Positions 20,642-30,135 of a stretch of 64,000 nt of DNA are shown piece after piece. Both the position numbers and the translations under genes were made by a program. Each line of letters starts with the position of its first letter. Within the stretch, counting starts at the first letter, position 1. Below the pieces are notes generated by a model. It was not told where the DNA came from and did no database searches. It saw only the letters and a list, made by a program, of their open reading frames with translations. This DNA comes from Candidatus Aminicenantes bacterium (GTDB lineage Bacteria > Acidobacteriota > Aminicenantia > Aminicenantales > Aminicenantaceae): assembly GCA_016783445.1 (NCBI GenBank), contig JADHWO010000002.1:25464-89463 (forward strand), written 5' to 3'.

Positions 20642-22531
20642 TTAATGATATATTTTTCGCCAGTTCTCTGTATCTAAATTGACTAACCAAAGCTCATCTT
20701 TATCAGGATTTTCAACCAGGACAGTATTGTTTATTCCCAGAATATAACGAATGCCATATTTAGTGCGAAAAGGAATTTTAATGCTTTTTTCCTCTTTGAG
20801 TTGTTTTGAAATCATAACTAAGTGAGATTCACCGTTTATCACATCAACAACAACAAATTTTTGGTCGTTCAAGACAAAATCAAAGTTTAAACGACGCCAA
20901 CGGATTCTATCGTATATAAGTTTTACTTTTCTTACTTTATCTTCCTGAAGATCGTATGCCTGTAATTCATTTTTATTTGCTATAAATACAATTTTATCTC
21001 CATTCTTGCTCCATTTGTATCCTTCTATTGAACTAGCTTTGTGGACTTCTTTTTTTTCAAATGTTTGGAGGTTCAATAAAGATAAAGTTTGCTCTTCAGT
21101 ATTATTTTCGTAATATTGAAAAGCGAGGAAATCCTGTTTAGGTGAAATCCGTAATTCTCTTGGCCGGTTAAGGCTATCTGCCAAGATTTTGTATTTTTCG
21201 TTTTTTAGGTCATATTTAACAATTTTTTGTGGTCTCATCATACTCAATAAAAAAATCAGGCTGTTGTCGGATTCTGACCATTCGATTAATCGAAAAGAAG
21301 GGTTCCCGGGAAAGCGCAAGCCTCGACTCTTCAAACCGGTTCCATCTGAATTCATCCTCCATAATGTATATATGATATTGTATGTCTCTCCAATATAAGC
21401 TCTTGTTATAAATACAATCTCTTTGCCATCCTTTGAAAGAACACAGGAATAAATGCTTGCATTATAAAAAGGAGAATCTTTTTTGATTCCTGACTCTATC
21501 AGGCGTTTTTTTTGGGAGCCATCTGTGTTCATTATCCACAATTCTTCTTTTTCATATTTCCAGTCAACATATTGTAGGAAGGCAATTTTTCCTCCCCTCA
21601 CAGAATAAAGATCCTGAGAATTGAATGGCAGATGCAGTTTTGAATTTATGATTTTATCTAATTTCTCTTTTTCTGGAAGATACCTGAAAATTCCTTTGTC
21701 AGTATCAAAGTAAAAATTTCCTTTGTATTCATGGTAGGCATCAGAGGAATAAGGCAGATATTTATAACTGGATTTTATAAAAGAAAATGTCCCTGTACTT
21801 AAGAAAATGAAGGAGAGGGCTAAAAAGAGAAGTGCAGACTTTGAGAATTTCCAGATTTTTTTCCAAGCTTGAGAAAAATCAGTCTTTAAAAATGTAATAA
21901 CAGAAGCCAGGATAAAACTTAGCCAGATAAAAGAAGCAAAGAGTCCAATGCCTGTAGACCCGCGGAGTATCTTGAGAAAGGTTATATACATGTCCCATGC
22001 AAGAATTAATCCAATAGTTATTGAAATAGAAACAAATATAATAATGAATTGTTTCTCATAAAGAAAAGATATGGAAAATGAGATGGTGAACAGAATGAAC
22101 GCAATCACCAGAAAACTGAAGAATAAAGAAGAAACTCCAGGGAAATCAATAGTATTGTTAAAACCAGCAATAACTACTTTTAATCTTGGGAAAATAAGGA
22201 TTGTGGAGAGTAATATCAATAAAGTAGAAAAAAAGATAATTGTTTGAGAAAGATATTTAATGAACCAGATTTTCCATTTTTTTATTGGACGGGAAAAAAG
22301 ATAGGTCCAGGAATCGTCCTTGAACTCAGAAAAGAAAGCGCTGGAGCCAAGGAGAACAGATGTTAGAGGGAAAACTACCAGTATCATCGCGAGATATAAG
22401 TACTCGAGTAATTCTGACTTTGCTCTTGGATAAAAAAGATATATCAAAGCAAAAATGAGCATATTGATAGTGAAAAATATGAGTATATTTACTTTCTCTC
22501 TCAACTCCTTAAAGAATAATTTTCTAAACAT
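20642..22531 (-). CDS. ABC-2 family transporter permease fused to a C-terminal PD40/WD40-like beta-propeller domain
   Basis: The N-terminus MFRKLFFKELRE is followed by about 6 TM helices. The C-terminal roughly 350 aa carry repeated ...DGS/DGK...IVF motifs typical of TolB-like propellers. The gene is AT-rich. Confidence 0.6.
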   Translation of the reverse strand: MFRKLFFKELREKVNILIFFTINMLIFALIYLFYPRAKSELLEYLYLAMILVVFPLTSVLLGSSAFFSEFKDDSWTYLFSRPIKKWKIWFIKYLSQTIIFFSTLLILLSTILIFPRLKVVIAGFNNTIDFPGVSSLFFSFLVIAFILFTISFSISFLYEKQFIIIFVSISITIGLILAWDMYITFLKILRGSTGIGLFASFIWLSFILASVITFLKTDFSQAWKKIWKFSKSALLFLALSFIFLSTGTFSFIKSSYKYLPYSSDAYHEYKGNFYFDTDKGIFRYLPEKEKLDKIINSKLHLPFNSQDLYSVRGGKIAFLQYVDWKYEKEELWIMNTDGSQKKRLIESGIKKDSPFYNASIYSCVLSKDGKEIVFITRAYIGETYNIIYTLWRMNSDGTGLKSRGLRFPGNPSFRLIEWSESDNSLIFLLSMMRPQKIVKYDLKNEKYKILADSLNRPRELRISPKQDFLAFQYYENNTEEQTLSLLNLQTFEKKEVHKASSIEGYKWSKNGDKIVFIANKNELQAYDLQEDKVRKVKLIYDRIRWRRLNFDFVLNDQKFVVVDVINGESHLVMISKQLKEEKSIKIPFRTKYGIRYILGINNTVLVENPDKDELWLVNLDTENWRKIYH

Positions 22532-22555
22532 TAGCGCCTCCGATGCTTTTTACCT

Positions 22556-23443
22556 CTATTTTTCGTTTTTAGATACAAAGCTGATAAAAATTTCTTCCAG
22601 AGTTAAGGGTTCAATATCCCAGCGGGTAGGGGATAATGCTTCAATCTGTTTCTCTATTGACTTGTCCCATGGATAAATAACCAGGTCAGCTATATTACCT
22701 TCTCTCTGTTCCTTAAGAACTCCGTCAATTCCGATATTTTCAGGAAGCGAGTCTTTGAAGGTTATCCTGACTCTTTTTGCTGCATTTTTTACCTTCTGAT
22801 AATCTTCATCAAGGATTAGATGTCTGCTGTGAAGTATACCGAGGTGATCAACGATTTTTTCCAGTTCATGGATGAGATGGGTGGAGAAGAGAATTGTGGT
22901 TCCTGCTTCGCTGAGTTCTCTGATAATGCCCTTTAGAAAATCCTGCCGGGTTGGAACATCTATTCCAGAGGTTGGGTCATCAAGTATTAAAAGTTCAGGC
23001 TCTGAGGCTAATGCAACAATCAATCCCAGCTTTAACTTCATCCCCCTTGATAGAGTTCTTATTCTCACTTTATTGTCTAAAGAGAATCTTTCTAAGAATT
23101 CATGCGCTTTTTTTTTGTTCCATTTGGGGTAGAAGGAAGAATTCAAATCCAATAAATCTTTTATAGTCATCCAGGAGTAGAAAAAAGACTCCTCTGGGAT
23201 GTAACCGACTTCTTTTTTATAAGATGAGTGTTTGAATTCGATTTTTTGATTTTTATAAAAAATCTCTCCTTTATTCGAAGGAATGATTCCCATGATCATA
23301 CGGATTAAAGTGGTTTTCCCCTCGCCATTATTACCGAGGAGTCCGTAGACTTTTCCTTCCTGAAGTGTCATGTTGAAATTCTCAAGAACCTTCTTTTGTC
23401 CAAAACTCTTGTCCAGGTTTATTATATTTAAGATTTCACTCAT
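22556..23443 (-). CDS. ABC transporter ATP-binding protein
   Basis: Walker A is GNNGEGKTT, the signature is LSRGMKLKLGL, and Walker B is LLILDDPTSGID. Confidence 0.9.
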   Translation of the reverse strand: MSEILNIINLDKSFGQKKVLENFNMTLQEGKVYGLLGNNGEGKTTLIRMIMGIIPSNKGEIFYKNQKIEFKHSSYKKEVGYIPEESFFYSWMTIKDLLDLNSSFYPKWNKKKAHEFLERFSLDNKVRIRTLSRGMKLKLGLIVALASEPELLILDDPTSGIDVPTRQDFLKGIIRELSEAGTTILFSTHLIHELEKIVDHLGILHSRHLILDEDYQKVKNAAKRVRITFKDSLPENIGIDGVLKEQREGNIADLVIYPWDKSIEKQIEALSPTRWDIEPLTLEEIFISFVSKNEK

Positions 23444-23901
23444 TTTTTCTCTCCTTGAGTTACAGTTTTATCTGAGGTTTGAAGCCTTTTATCAAAGAGT
23501 TTTTTCATTTCAAGGGATTGAAGGCTAAATTTTTTCGCTTCCCCTATGGCCTCGTCAAATATTCGATTTAGTATTTCCGTGCGTTCTTTTTTTATAAGGG
23601 AAGAAGATATTTCAGAAATATAACAGCCTTTTGCTTTTTTTGTATAAATAAATCCTTCCCTTTCCAGTTCTCTGTAAGCTCGTGCAACCGTGTTAGGATT
23701 GACGATTAGCTCAGCTGCCAGGTCTCTTATAGAAGGGAGAGGCTTGTGAGGCTTCAGGATGCCAAGGGAGATGTTTATCTTTATTTCTTGTTTTATTTGT
23801 TCATAGATAGGAACAAAACTTTTTGGCTCTATTTTTATCAAATTGTCCTCACTTCTGTATGACTGTATTAGCAATATAATACAGTTAATAAAATTTGTCA
23901 A
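23440..23901 (-). CDS. GntR-family transcriptional regulator (YtrA-like), first gene of the ABC operon
   Basis: The winged-HTH sequence LPSIRDLAAELIVNPNTVARAYRELEREGFI is present. There is a 4-bp overlap with the ATPase gene. Confidence 0.85.
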   Translation of the reverse strand: MTNFINCIILLIQSYRSEDNLIKIEPKSFVPIYEQIKQEIKINISLGILKPHKPLPSIRDLAAELIVNPNTVARAYRELEREGFIYTKKAKGCYISEISSSLIKKERTEILNRIFDEAIGEAKKFSLQSLEMKKLFDKRLQTSDKTVTQGEKK

Positions 23902-24005
23902 GTTTTTTAAAAAAATATTTAAAAGTTGCGTCGTTAAACTTGCAATGAAAAGAAATATAAAATATCTTTAAAGTTGTCCTGAAATAATCAACAAGGAGAA
24001 TTCAT

Positions 24006-25817
24006 ATGGATAAAAAAGTTCATCTGTCTTTTAAAACATTCACCTTATTTGCGCTTCTTTTGCTACTGCTAATTCTGCCGGTCCATGCGCTGGAGAAAGA
24101 AAAAGCAGATAAGATTACGTCCTTTGAAGAACTTGAAAAGGCGATAGTACAGACGCAGGAGAAGATAAAGGAAAATCCGGAAGATGTGGAGGAGTATTGC
24201 CGGCTGGCCCAGCTTATGCTCAAAAAAGGACAGTACGATGCAGCCAAACAATCTTTACAGAACGTTTTAAACATTAAACCGAACCATATCGGCAGCCTCC
24301 TTACTTTATCAAGAGTGTACTGGGGCTTGTACCAGTTCGAAAAAGGAGAAGAAACGTTTAAAAAGGTTGAAGCTTTGGATCCTGAAAATAGGAAAGCGCA
24401 GTTTCTTGAGGCAACGTTTGCCATTGACAGGATGGATTTTGATGCAGCTCTATCAATCTATCAGAGTATACTAGAGAAAAAACCGGAATCAGCAGAGGCT
24501 CTATGCGGGATTGCTGAGGTCTTTTACTGGAGAGATCAATTCGAAGAATCTGAAAAATACATTAAGAAGTGCCTTTCACTAAACCCGGAGATCTCTAGGG
24601 CTTATCTGATACAGTCGTTGATCCACCGCCTCCGGCAGGAAAATGACGAATGGAAAGAGACCGGTCTTAAAGCTGTGGAATTAGCTCCCTTTGACGAGTT
24701 GGCCAGGACGAATATGGCAAAAATTTTTATGAGAGGCGAAGGCAAGATGGATGAGGGCTATGAACAGATACAAATTGCTCTAAAAATTAATCCTTATTCT
24801 TATAATAGCCACTTATTTCTAGGGACAGGATGGACTCCAAAAAATTATAAAGAACAAAAGATTGAGGGTGATGAGGAAACAGTCAATAAGATTAAAGAAC
24901 TACTTAAAGAAGGAGACGACTTTCTCCTTAACCAGGAGTTTGATAAGGCTGACATTGCTTTCAGTGAGGTCCTTAAACTTGCCCCTTCAAACATAACGGC
25001 TCAAATCGGCAAAGGCACTCTGAATTATCACAGGAAAGAATACAGAACCGCTCTAAGCTGGTTTTTCAAAGTGCTGGACATAGAACCTGATTATGGCCTG
25101 GCTCATTATGGTGTCTGTCAGTCGCTTCTCCGTTTGAAAGACAGGATTAATGTCAGGTTCTCTGAGATTGAGAAAGAATTAGCTGCAAAAGATGAAGCCG
25201 AGCCGTCTTTTCTCAGGGAAGTTTTTATCAATTATGAACAGCTCGACCCGGAGATTCAGAAAATCATACGGTTCTCGGTCAAGCCTTTAAATAATTATTT
25301 GAAAGTTTTGAAGGATGGGCATGCGACCTTTTATCTAATTCCCTTTCACAAACTGCTCTGGGAATGCCCTTACCTTGACAAAATGAAAGGGACTCGCACC
25401 TTTGACAAAAGGCTGTGGGATGATGTTAAAGGTTGCGGAGGATTTAATTCAACAAGCGGCTCTGATTGGGAAAAAGATGTCAAATATTTTCGATTTAATG
25501 TTGTAGCCCACGAGTTCGCCCATCAGGTGCATTCGTTTTTGTCAGAAGAACTAAAAAAAGAAATCAAGCGGCTTTTCCTTAAAGCCAAGAAGGAAAGAAT
25601 AACCCTGGATTTCTACGCGGATTTTAACGAATGGGAATACTTTGCTGTTGGTGTGGAGGCCTATGTTTCGGAAGAGAAACTGGCCGACCAAAAGATCGGA
25701 TATGGTCACACTAGAAGGGAACTTCTGGGAAAGGACCCTGACCTATATAACTTTATTAAAAGCCTGAGCGAGCAGGAAAGATACCTTGAGAATGAAATTA
25801 AGGCTGTGGTCAGATAA
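24006..25817 (+). CDS. Secreted TPR-repeat protein with a C-terminal putative zincin-like HExxH domain
   Basis: There is a signal peptide and multiple TPR-like repeats. The HEFAHQVH motif lies near the C-terminus. Confidence 0.55.
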   Translation: MDKKVHLSFKTFTLFALLLLLLILPVHALEKEKADKITSFEELEKAIVQTQEKIKENPEDVEEYCRLAQLMLKKGQYDAAKQSLQNVLNIKPNHIGSLLTLSRVYWGLYQFEKGEETFKKVEALDPENRKAQFLEATFAIDRMDFDAALSIYQSILEKKPESAEALCGIAEVFYWRDQFEESEKYIKKCLSLNPEISRAYLIQSLIHRLRQENDEWKETGLKAVELAPFDELARTNMAKIFMRGEGKMDEGYEQIQIALKINPYSYNSHLFLGTGWTPKNYKEQKIEGDEETVNKIKELLKEGDDFLLNQEFDKADIAFSEVLKLAPSNITAQIGKGTLNYHRKEYRTALSWFFKVLDIEPDYGLAHYGVCQSLLRLKDRINVRFSEIEKELAAKDEAEPSFLREVFINYEQLDPEIQKIIRFSVKPLNNYLKVLKDGHATFYLIPFHKLLWECPYLDKMKGTRTFDKRLWDDVKGCGGFNSTSGSDWEKDVKYFRFNVVAHEFAHQVHSFLSEELKKEIKRLFLKAKKERITLDFYADFNEWEYFAVGVEAYVSEEKLADQKIGYGHTRRELLGKDPDLYNFIKSLSEQERYLENEIKAVVR

Positions 25818-25820
25818 AGA

Positions 25821-27221
25821 CTATCTTTTTCTCTTCCAATAGTAATAAACCGGTATTCCCAGTGCGGTGAAAAAGATGCCGGCCAGGGCTTCAACGGGTT
25901 TTTCTATCAGCGTATTGAGAAGAATGCCTAATGAGGCGATGATGAATATAATGGGGACGACAGGATATCCCCAGGTCTTATACGGCCGTGGAAGGTCGGG
26001 AAACTTTTTCCGCAGCGTAAAAACAGATGCGGTTGCAGCGATCCAGAAGACGATAGCAATAAACATGGCGAAGGTGAACATCTGTTCAAAAGTTCCAGCC
26101 AGAGTAAGGATGGATGCCCAGACTGCTTGAATGAGAATAGAGAATCCCGGGGTACGGAAACGGGGATGGACCTGGGAAACCTTCTGGAAGAAAAGTCTAT
26201 CTTTGGCCATAGCGTAATAGACCCGCGGGCCTGTTAAAATGGAGCCGTTGAGAGAGCCAAAGGTTGAGATGATGACAACCGCCGAGATTAGTGCCCCAGT
26301 TGATCCCCCGAAAAGTGCTGTTGTGGCTTTTTCTGCAATTCTCACGACTCCTGTGACTTCACCTATGGGCAGAGCGTAAAAATATAAATAATTAGTCAGA
26401 ACATAGAGGCAAGTGATTCCCAGGGTTCCCAGGATTAAGGCCAGTGGAAGGTTTCGCTTGGGATTTTTAATTTCACCGGCTACAAAATTTACATTATTCC
26501 AGCCATCAAAAGCCCAGGACACTGCTACAAGTGAGATCCCAAACCCGATGAAAAGTGTACCAAGACCAAGACCGCCCGGATTCATAGTGAGGTCAGGATG
26601 TGATCCTTTGCCAAAGGCAAATCCCAGGATGATAATAGCCGCGACTATTCCCACCTTGAAGACAGTGAAGACATTCTGAATAATTTTCCCGAACCCAACT
26701 CCGATAAAATTAAAAAGAGACAGCAAAAGGATAACAGCGACACCAACGATCTGGCCTGCTGAAAGAGTGAAGTGGAAAGAAAAATGGAAGATTTTTATGC
26801 TTTGATTGAGAATAATGGTATTAGTGGATAAACCGGGGAAAAAATGGCCAAAATATTCTGCGAAAGCGAGAGCCAACCCGGCAATGCCTCCGGTCATATA
26901 AACAAGAAAAAGGATCCAGCCAAAAAGAAATGCAGCCATATGACCGTAGGCTTCTCTGAGGTATACGTACTGTCCACCGGCTTCCGGCATAGCGGCTCCA
27001 AGCTCAGCATAGGTTAGGGCCCCGGCAAGTGTTAACAGCCCGCCTACGATCCATGCCAGAAGTATAAGGCCGGCCGAAGGAAGATATTTGGCCATGATAC
27101 CGGTTGTGAGGAATATGCCTGACCCGATAACGATCCCGACCATAACCATGGACGAATCAAAGAGACCGAGCTGGCGGGTGAGTTGAACCGGAATTTTTTC
27201 CTTTGTTCCTAACATTTTCAT
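25821..27221 (-). CDS. APC-family amino acid permease
   Basis: It has 12 TM helices. The N-terminus LGLFDSSMVMVGIVIGSGIF is typical of amino-acid/polyamine permeases. Confidence 0.85.
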   Translation of the reverse strand: MKMLGTKEKIPVQLTRQLGLFDSSMVMVGIVIGSGIFLTTGIMAKYLPSAGLILLAWIVGGLLTLAGALTYAELGAAMPEAGGQYVYLREAYGHMAAFLFGWILFLVYMTGGIAGLALAFAEYFGHFFPGLSTNTIILNQSIKIFHFSFHFTLSAGQIVGVAVILLLSLFNFIGVGFGKIIQNVFTVFKVGIVAAIIILGFAFGKGSHPDLTMNPGGLGLGTLFIGFGISLVAVSWAFDGWNNVNFVAGEIKNPKRNLPLALILGTLGITCLYVLTNYLYFYALPIGEVTGVVRIAEKATTALFGGSTGALISAVVIISTFGSLNGSILTGPRVYYAMAKDRLFFQKVSQVHPRFRTPGFSILIQAVWASILTLAGTFEQMFTFAMFIAIVFWIAATASVFTLRKKFPDLPRPYKTWGYPVVPIIFIIASLGILLNTLIEKPVEALAGIFFTALGIPVYYYWKRKR

Positions 27222-27406
27222 TTAAAATGATACATTTTTTTAAAAATGAATCCAATTCAATTTTACTGGATTGAAACGCCCCACTCTGTTAATAAAAAAT
27301 ATTTTAAAAATATTAAAAAAAAATACTTGACAAATGATGGTTTTATGCTTAAATTACTTTATATATCAAAGTACTTTAAATTAATTAAATTTATAAAGGA
27401 GAAAAC

Positions 27407-28009
27407 ATGAACGATTTACAAGCAAAGGATGAGATTCAATTCATTCAAGAGATGATTGAGAGAACAAGGAAGATTACAGCTGGTTCCTGGATGTTCTTCT
27501 TAGTCTGGGGGATTGTGGCTATTCTTGGTATTGCCGGTATGTATGCTCTGGTTTTTGTCGAAAAATACAGTTGGATCTGGTTAAACTGGGTAGTTTTTAT
27601 GAGTTTCGGAGTTGTCTTCTCGATCGTTTATGGCAAAAAGCTGGAACGAATGGAAGGAGCGAGGACCTATGCTTATATCACAACCGGTCATCTCTGTATT
27701 GCCTGCGGAATAGCTTTCGGTTTAGTGGGTTTTATTTTTCCCCTTCTGAAGCTGTATTCCTGGGAATTAATTCCAATTTTCATATCATTGGTTGCAGGGA
27801 TTCTTGTTTTTACTATGGGGGGTATTTATGAGTGGAATCTATTAAAGTGGTGTGGTGTTATCTGGTGGCTTGGCGCGTTAGGAATGGTTTTTATTCATGA
27901 GAACTATCGAGGTCTTCTTGTTGTACCGCTTTTATTGATCGGTTACATCATGCCTGCCCTTGTACTCCGCTCCAGGTATCAAAAACAAAGTGAAGAAAAT
28001 GCCTCCTGA
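27407..28009 (+). CDS. Integral membrane protein of unknown function (about 5 TM)
   Basis: The ORF has an RBS (aaggag). It is hydrophobic and is paired with the downstream winged-helix regulator. Confidence 0.5.
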   Translation: MNDLQAKDEIQFIQEMIERTRKITAGSWMFFLVWGIVAILGIAGMYALVFVEKYSWIWLNWVVFMSFGVVFSIVYGKKLERMEGARTYAYITTGHLCIACGIAFGLVGFIFPLLKLYSWELIPIFISLVAGILVFTMGGIYEWNLLKWCGVIWWLGALGMVFIHENYRGLLVVPLLLIGYIMPALVLRSRYQKQSEENAS

Positions 28010-28301
28010 GAAGTTAGCACAACTTGACCCTGTCATTCATTCCCGGATAAGGCTTGCAATATTATCAGTCCTGATTTCTGTTAAAGATGCGAGTTTTAAT
28101 TATTTGAAGGGTACAGTTGGAACTACAGATGGAAATTTAAGTGCGAATTTATCAAAACTTGAAGAGTCTGGATACATTTCCATAAAGAAGGTTTTTAAAA
28201 AGAAGAAGCCTCTGACAACCTGTTCCATTACAGAAAAGGGGAGAAAGGCATTTTCAAAGTATTTGAAAGTACTGGAGTCTTATGTAAGCTTTAAAAAGTA
28301 G
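27999..28301 (+). CDS. Winged-helix transcriptional regulator (HTH_34-like)
   Basis: LDPVIHSRIRLAILSVL...GNLSANLSKLEESGYI is present. The probable start is the internal ATG (MPPEKLAQL), which overlaps the upstream gene. Confidence 0.55.
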   Translation: MPPEKLAQLDPVIHSRIRLAILSVLISVKDASFNYLKGTVGTTDGNLSANLSKLEESGYISIKKVFKKKKPLTTCSITEKGRKAFSKYLKVLESYVSFKK

Positions 28302-28335
28302 TAAGTGGGCAGCCCCTTGTTTTTATTATACGGTT

Positions 28336-28572
28336 TTAAACTTTTTGTTTTACTTTGAAGAGTACATGACCGAGGTAACCAGAATCATTAATCTCTGCAA
28401 TATATAGTCCTGGCTGGAGGTGGGCTCGTCTTTTTAACATAGGTTCTGAGAGATATTCCAGCAGGGCACCTGCTTCCCAATCCTTACTGTTGTCACTCAG
28501 TAACACCGGTACTTTGTCTTCAACTAACTTTTCCAAGATTTCTCGTAAGCTCATAGCTGCTTCTCCTGACAT
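28336..28572 (-). CDS. Small hypothetical protein (78 aa)
   Basis: It is an ORF only, with no recognisable motif. Confidence 0.3.
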   Translation of the reverse strand: MSGEAAMSLREILEKLVEDKVPVLLSDNSKDWEAGALLEYLSEPMLKRRAHLQPGLYIAEINDSGYLGHVLFKVKQKV

Positions 28573-28933
28573 ATTTGTTCGGTAATTTACCTCTAAATAT
28601 ATTATACGTCATTTTAACTCTTTTGGTTGCTGTTATTTTTTATCGTTTTCCTCAAAAAATTCTCTGAAATTCTCCTTATATATATGGACGTAAAAGTTGT
28701 AGAAATGGTTGCCTGTGATAAAAATAATGTTTGCATCTAAATATTTATCATTGAGTCGACAGCTAGAAGAAAAAAATGCCTTTAAACTTTTTTCATTTTT
28801 CTTTTTATTTGAGAAAAACAGACAATTAGAATCGTCTCCATGAAGTACTTGACATTTTTAAAAAATGAGAATATTATTGTATGAAAGTAGGAAAGTAAGA
28901 AAATAAGAATATCTGACAAATTAGGAGATAAAG

Positions 28934-29254
28934 ATGGAAGAATTGGTTAAAGTGAGAGAAAAAGGGCAGGTGACTTTGCCGTTGTATATAAGAAAAGATT
29001 TGGAATTAAAAAAAGGGAGTTTTGTTTTAGCCAAAGTTGTTGACAATACTATTGTATTGGTGCCCCTAAAAGTCATAGATAAGAGTCAAGATTGGTTTTG
29101 GACGGAACGGTGGCAAAAACTTGAGGCAGAGGCTGAAAAAGATATCAAGGAGGGGAGAGTGAAGACTTTTGATTCTGTTGAGGAACTATTTGATGAAATT
29201 GAAGAAAGTTCTAAGATTGACAAGAACAGAAAGGTTCAGAAAAAGCGTTCTTGA
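28934..29254 (+). CDS. AbrB/MazE/SpoVT-type antitoxin
   Basis: The looped-hinge-helix signature VREKGQVTLPLYIRKDLELKKGSFVLAKVVDNTIVLVPL is present. The RBS is aggag. Confidence 0.7.
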   Translation: MEELVKVREKGQVTLPLYIRKDLELKKGSFVLAKVVDNTIVLVPLKVIDKSQDWFWTERWQKLEAEAEKDIKEGRVKTFDSVEELFDEIEESSKIDKNRKVQKKRS

Positions 29255-29474
29255 TTTAGATCAAAAAACACAGGAAAAGCTAAAGAAACAGCTAAAGATC
29301 TTAGTATCCAATCCTCGGAGTCCGTCATTAAAAATAAAAAAAATTAGAGGAACAAGGTTCATTTTTGAAGCTAGAGTGAATGATTCGTACAGATTTACTT
29401 TTGAGTATGGAGAAAAAAACGAAATCATTCTAAGAGTTGTTGGACAACATAATGCAGCACTAAAAAAGCCTTAA
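29193..29474 (+). CDS. RelE/ParE-family toxin (mRNA interferase)
   Basis: The C-terminus ...FIFEARVNDSYRFTFEYGEKNEIILRVVGQH resembles the RelE/ParE core. It overlaps the antitoxin gene, and the start codon is uncertain. Confidence 0.5.
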   Translation: MKLKKVLRLTRTERFRKSVLDLDQKTQEKLKKQLKILVSNPRSPSLKIKKIRGTRFIFEARVNDSYRFTFEYGEKNEIILRVVGQHNAALKKP

Positions 29475-29957
29475 TGTAGGAAAAACGTGACAAACAATTT
29501 TTTCCTGACGTAATACGAGCCAGCCCCAATCTTTAAATATTATTAATAAAGCCAGCCAACCATTTATATCTTTGTACGTCTTTCTCATCAAATTCTCCTA
29601 CGGCTTTACATTGTAATACTAATAACAGGGCCTTGGGTCGTACCCAAAAATAATTATCCGTAAATCAAAGAATAAGCCAAGACTTAAGAGCAAGTAATAA
29701 ATAACCTTCATCGAGTCCGGAATATGCCGGTTTATTTATCTCGTGTAGGACAAATACTGACAGATTTGCGAGTTGTAGTCCTACAAAAAATACAGAGATT
29801 TTCCTATTCAAATGATATGTTTCTTGATTTATTATTATTAGAGATATTCTCTCTGGTCGGCTGGAATATTCCCTCCATTTCCAATTTTTTCCCCCTCCAG
29901 CCGACTTTTCTAGCCATAATTTCTCCTGTCAGATAAAAAGGTAGTACTATCCTTTAT

Positions 29958-30070
29958 TACTTTGCCAAGAACCGGAAATTTTTGCGTGGCACAAAACCGG
30001 AAATTTTCACGTTGCTAAGAACCGGAAGTTTTTACTTTGCCTTGACAAATTACTTAGTACACTTTGACAT
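29958..30070 (+). promoter_or_regulatory. Three direct repeats of AAGAACCGGAAATTTT at 26-bp spacing, followed by TTGACA elements, upstream of the Tat-exported Gfo/Idh/MocA gene
   Basis: The units are aagaaccggaaattttt, aaaaccggaaattttc and aagaaccggaagttttt. ttgaca occurs at 30041 and 30063. Confidence 0.4.
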
Positions 30071-30135
30071 CCATATTTTTCTATGATAGAAGCAAAAGGA
30101 AATTGGGTCTTGAATTTATCTTTGGAGGGATACAT

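Noticed and set aside
24006-25817. Assignment of the HExxH domain to DUF4157 (toxin-like zincin)
   Set aside because: DUF4157 has HExxHxxQ. Here the Gln directly follows the second His (HEFAHQ), so the assignment is not supported.
29724-29936. 70-aa ORF in the AT-rich spacer
   Set aside because: It has no RBS and a low-complexity hydrophobic sequence. It lies in a region full of repeats.
29958-30040. Possible CRISPR array (three 17-bp direct repeats)
   Set aside because: There are only three short repeats with a 26-bp period. The intervening unique sequence is too short, at about 9 bp, and no cas genes are nearby. The arrangement fits an operator or iteron better.
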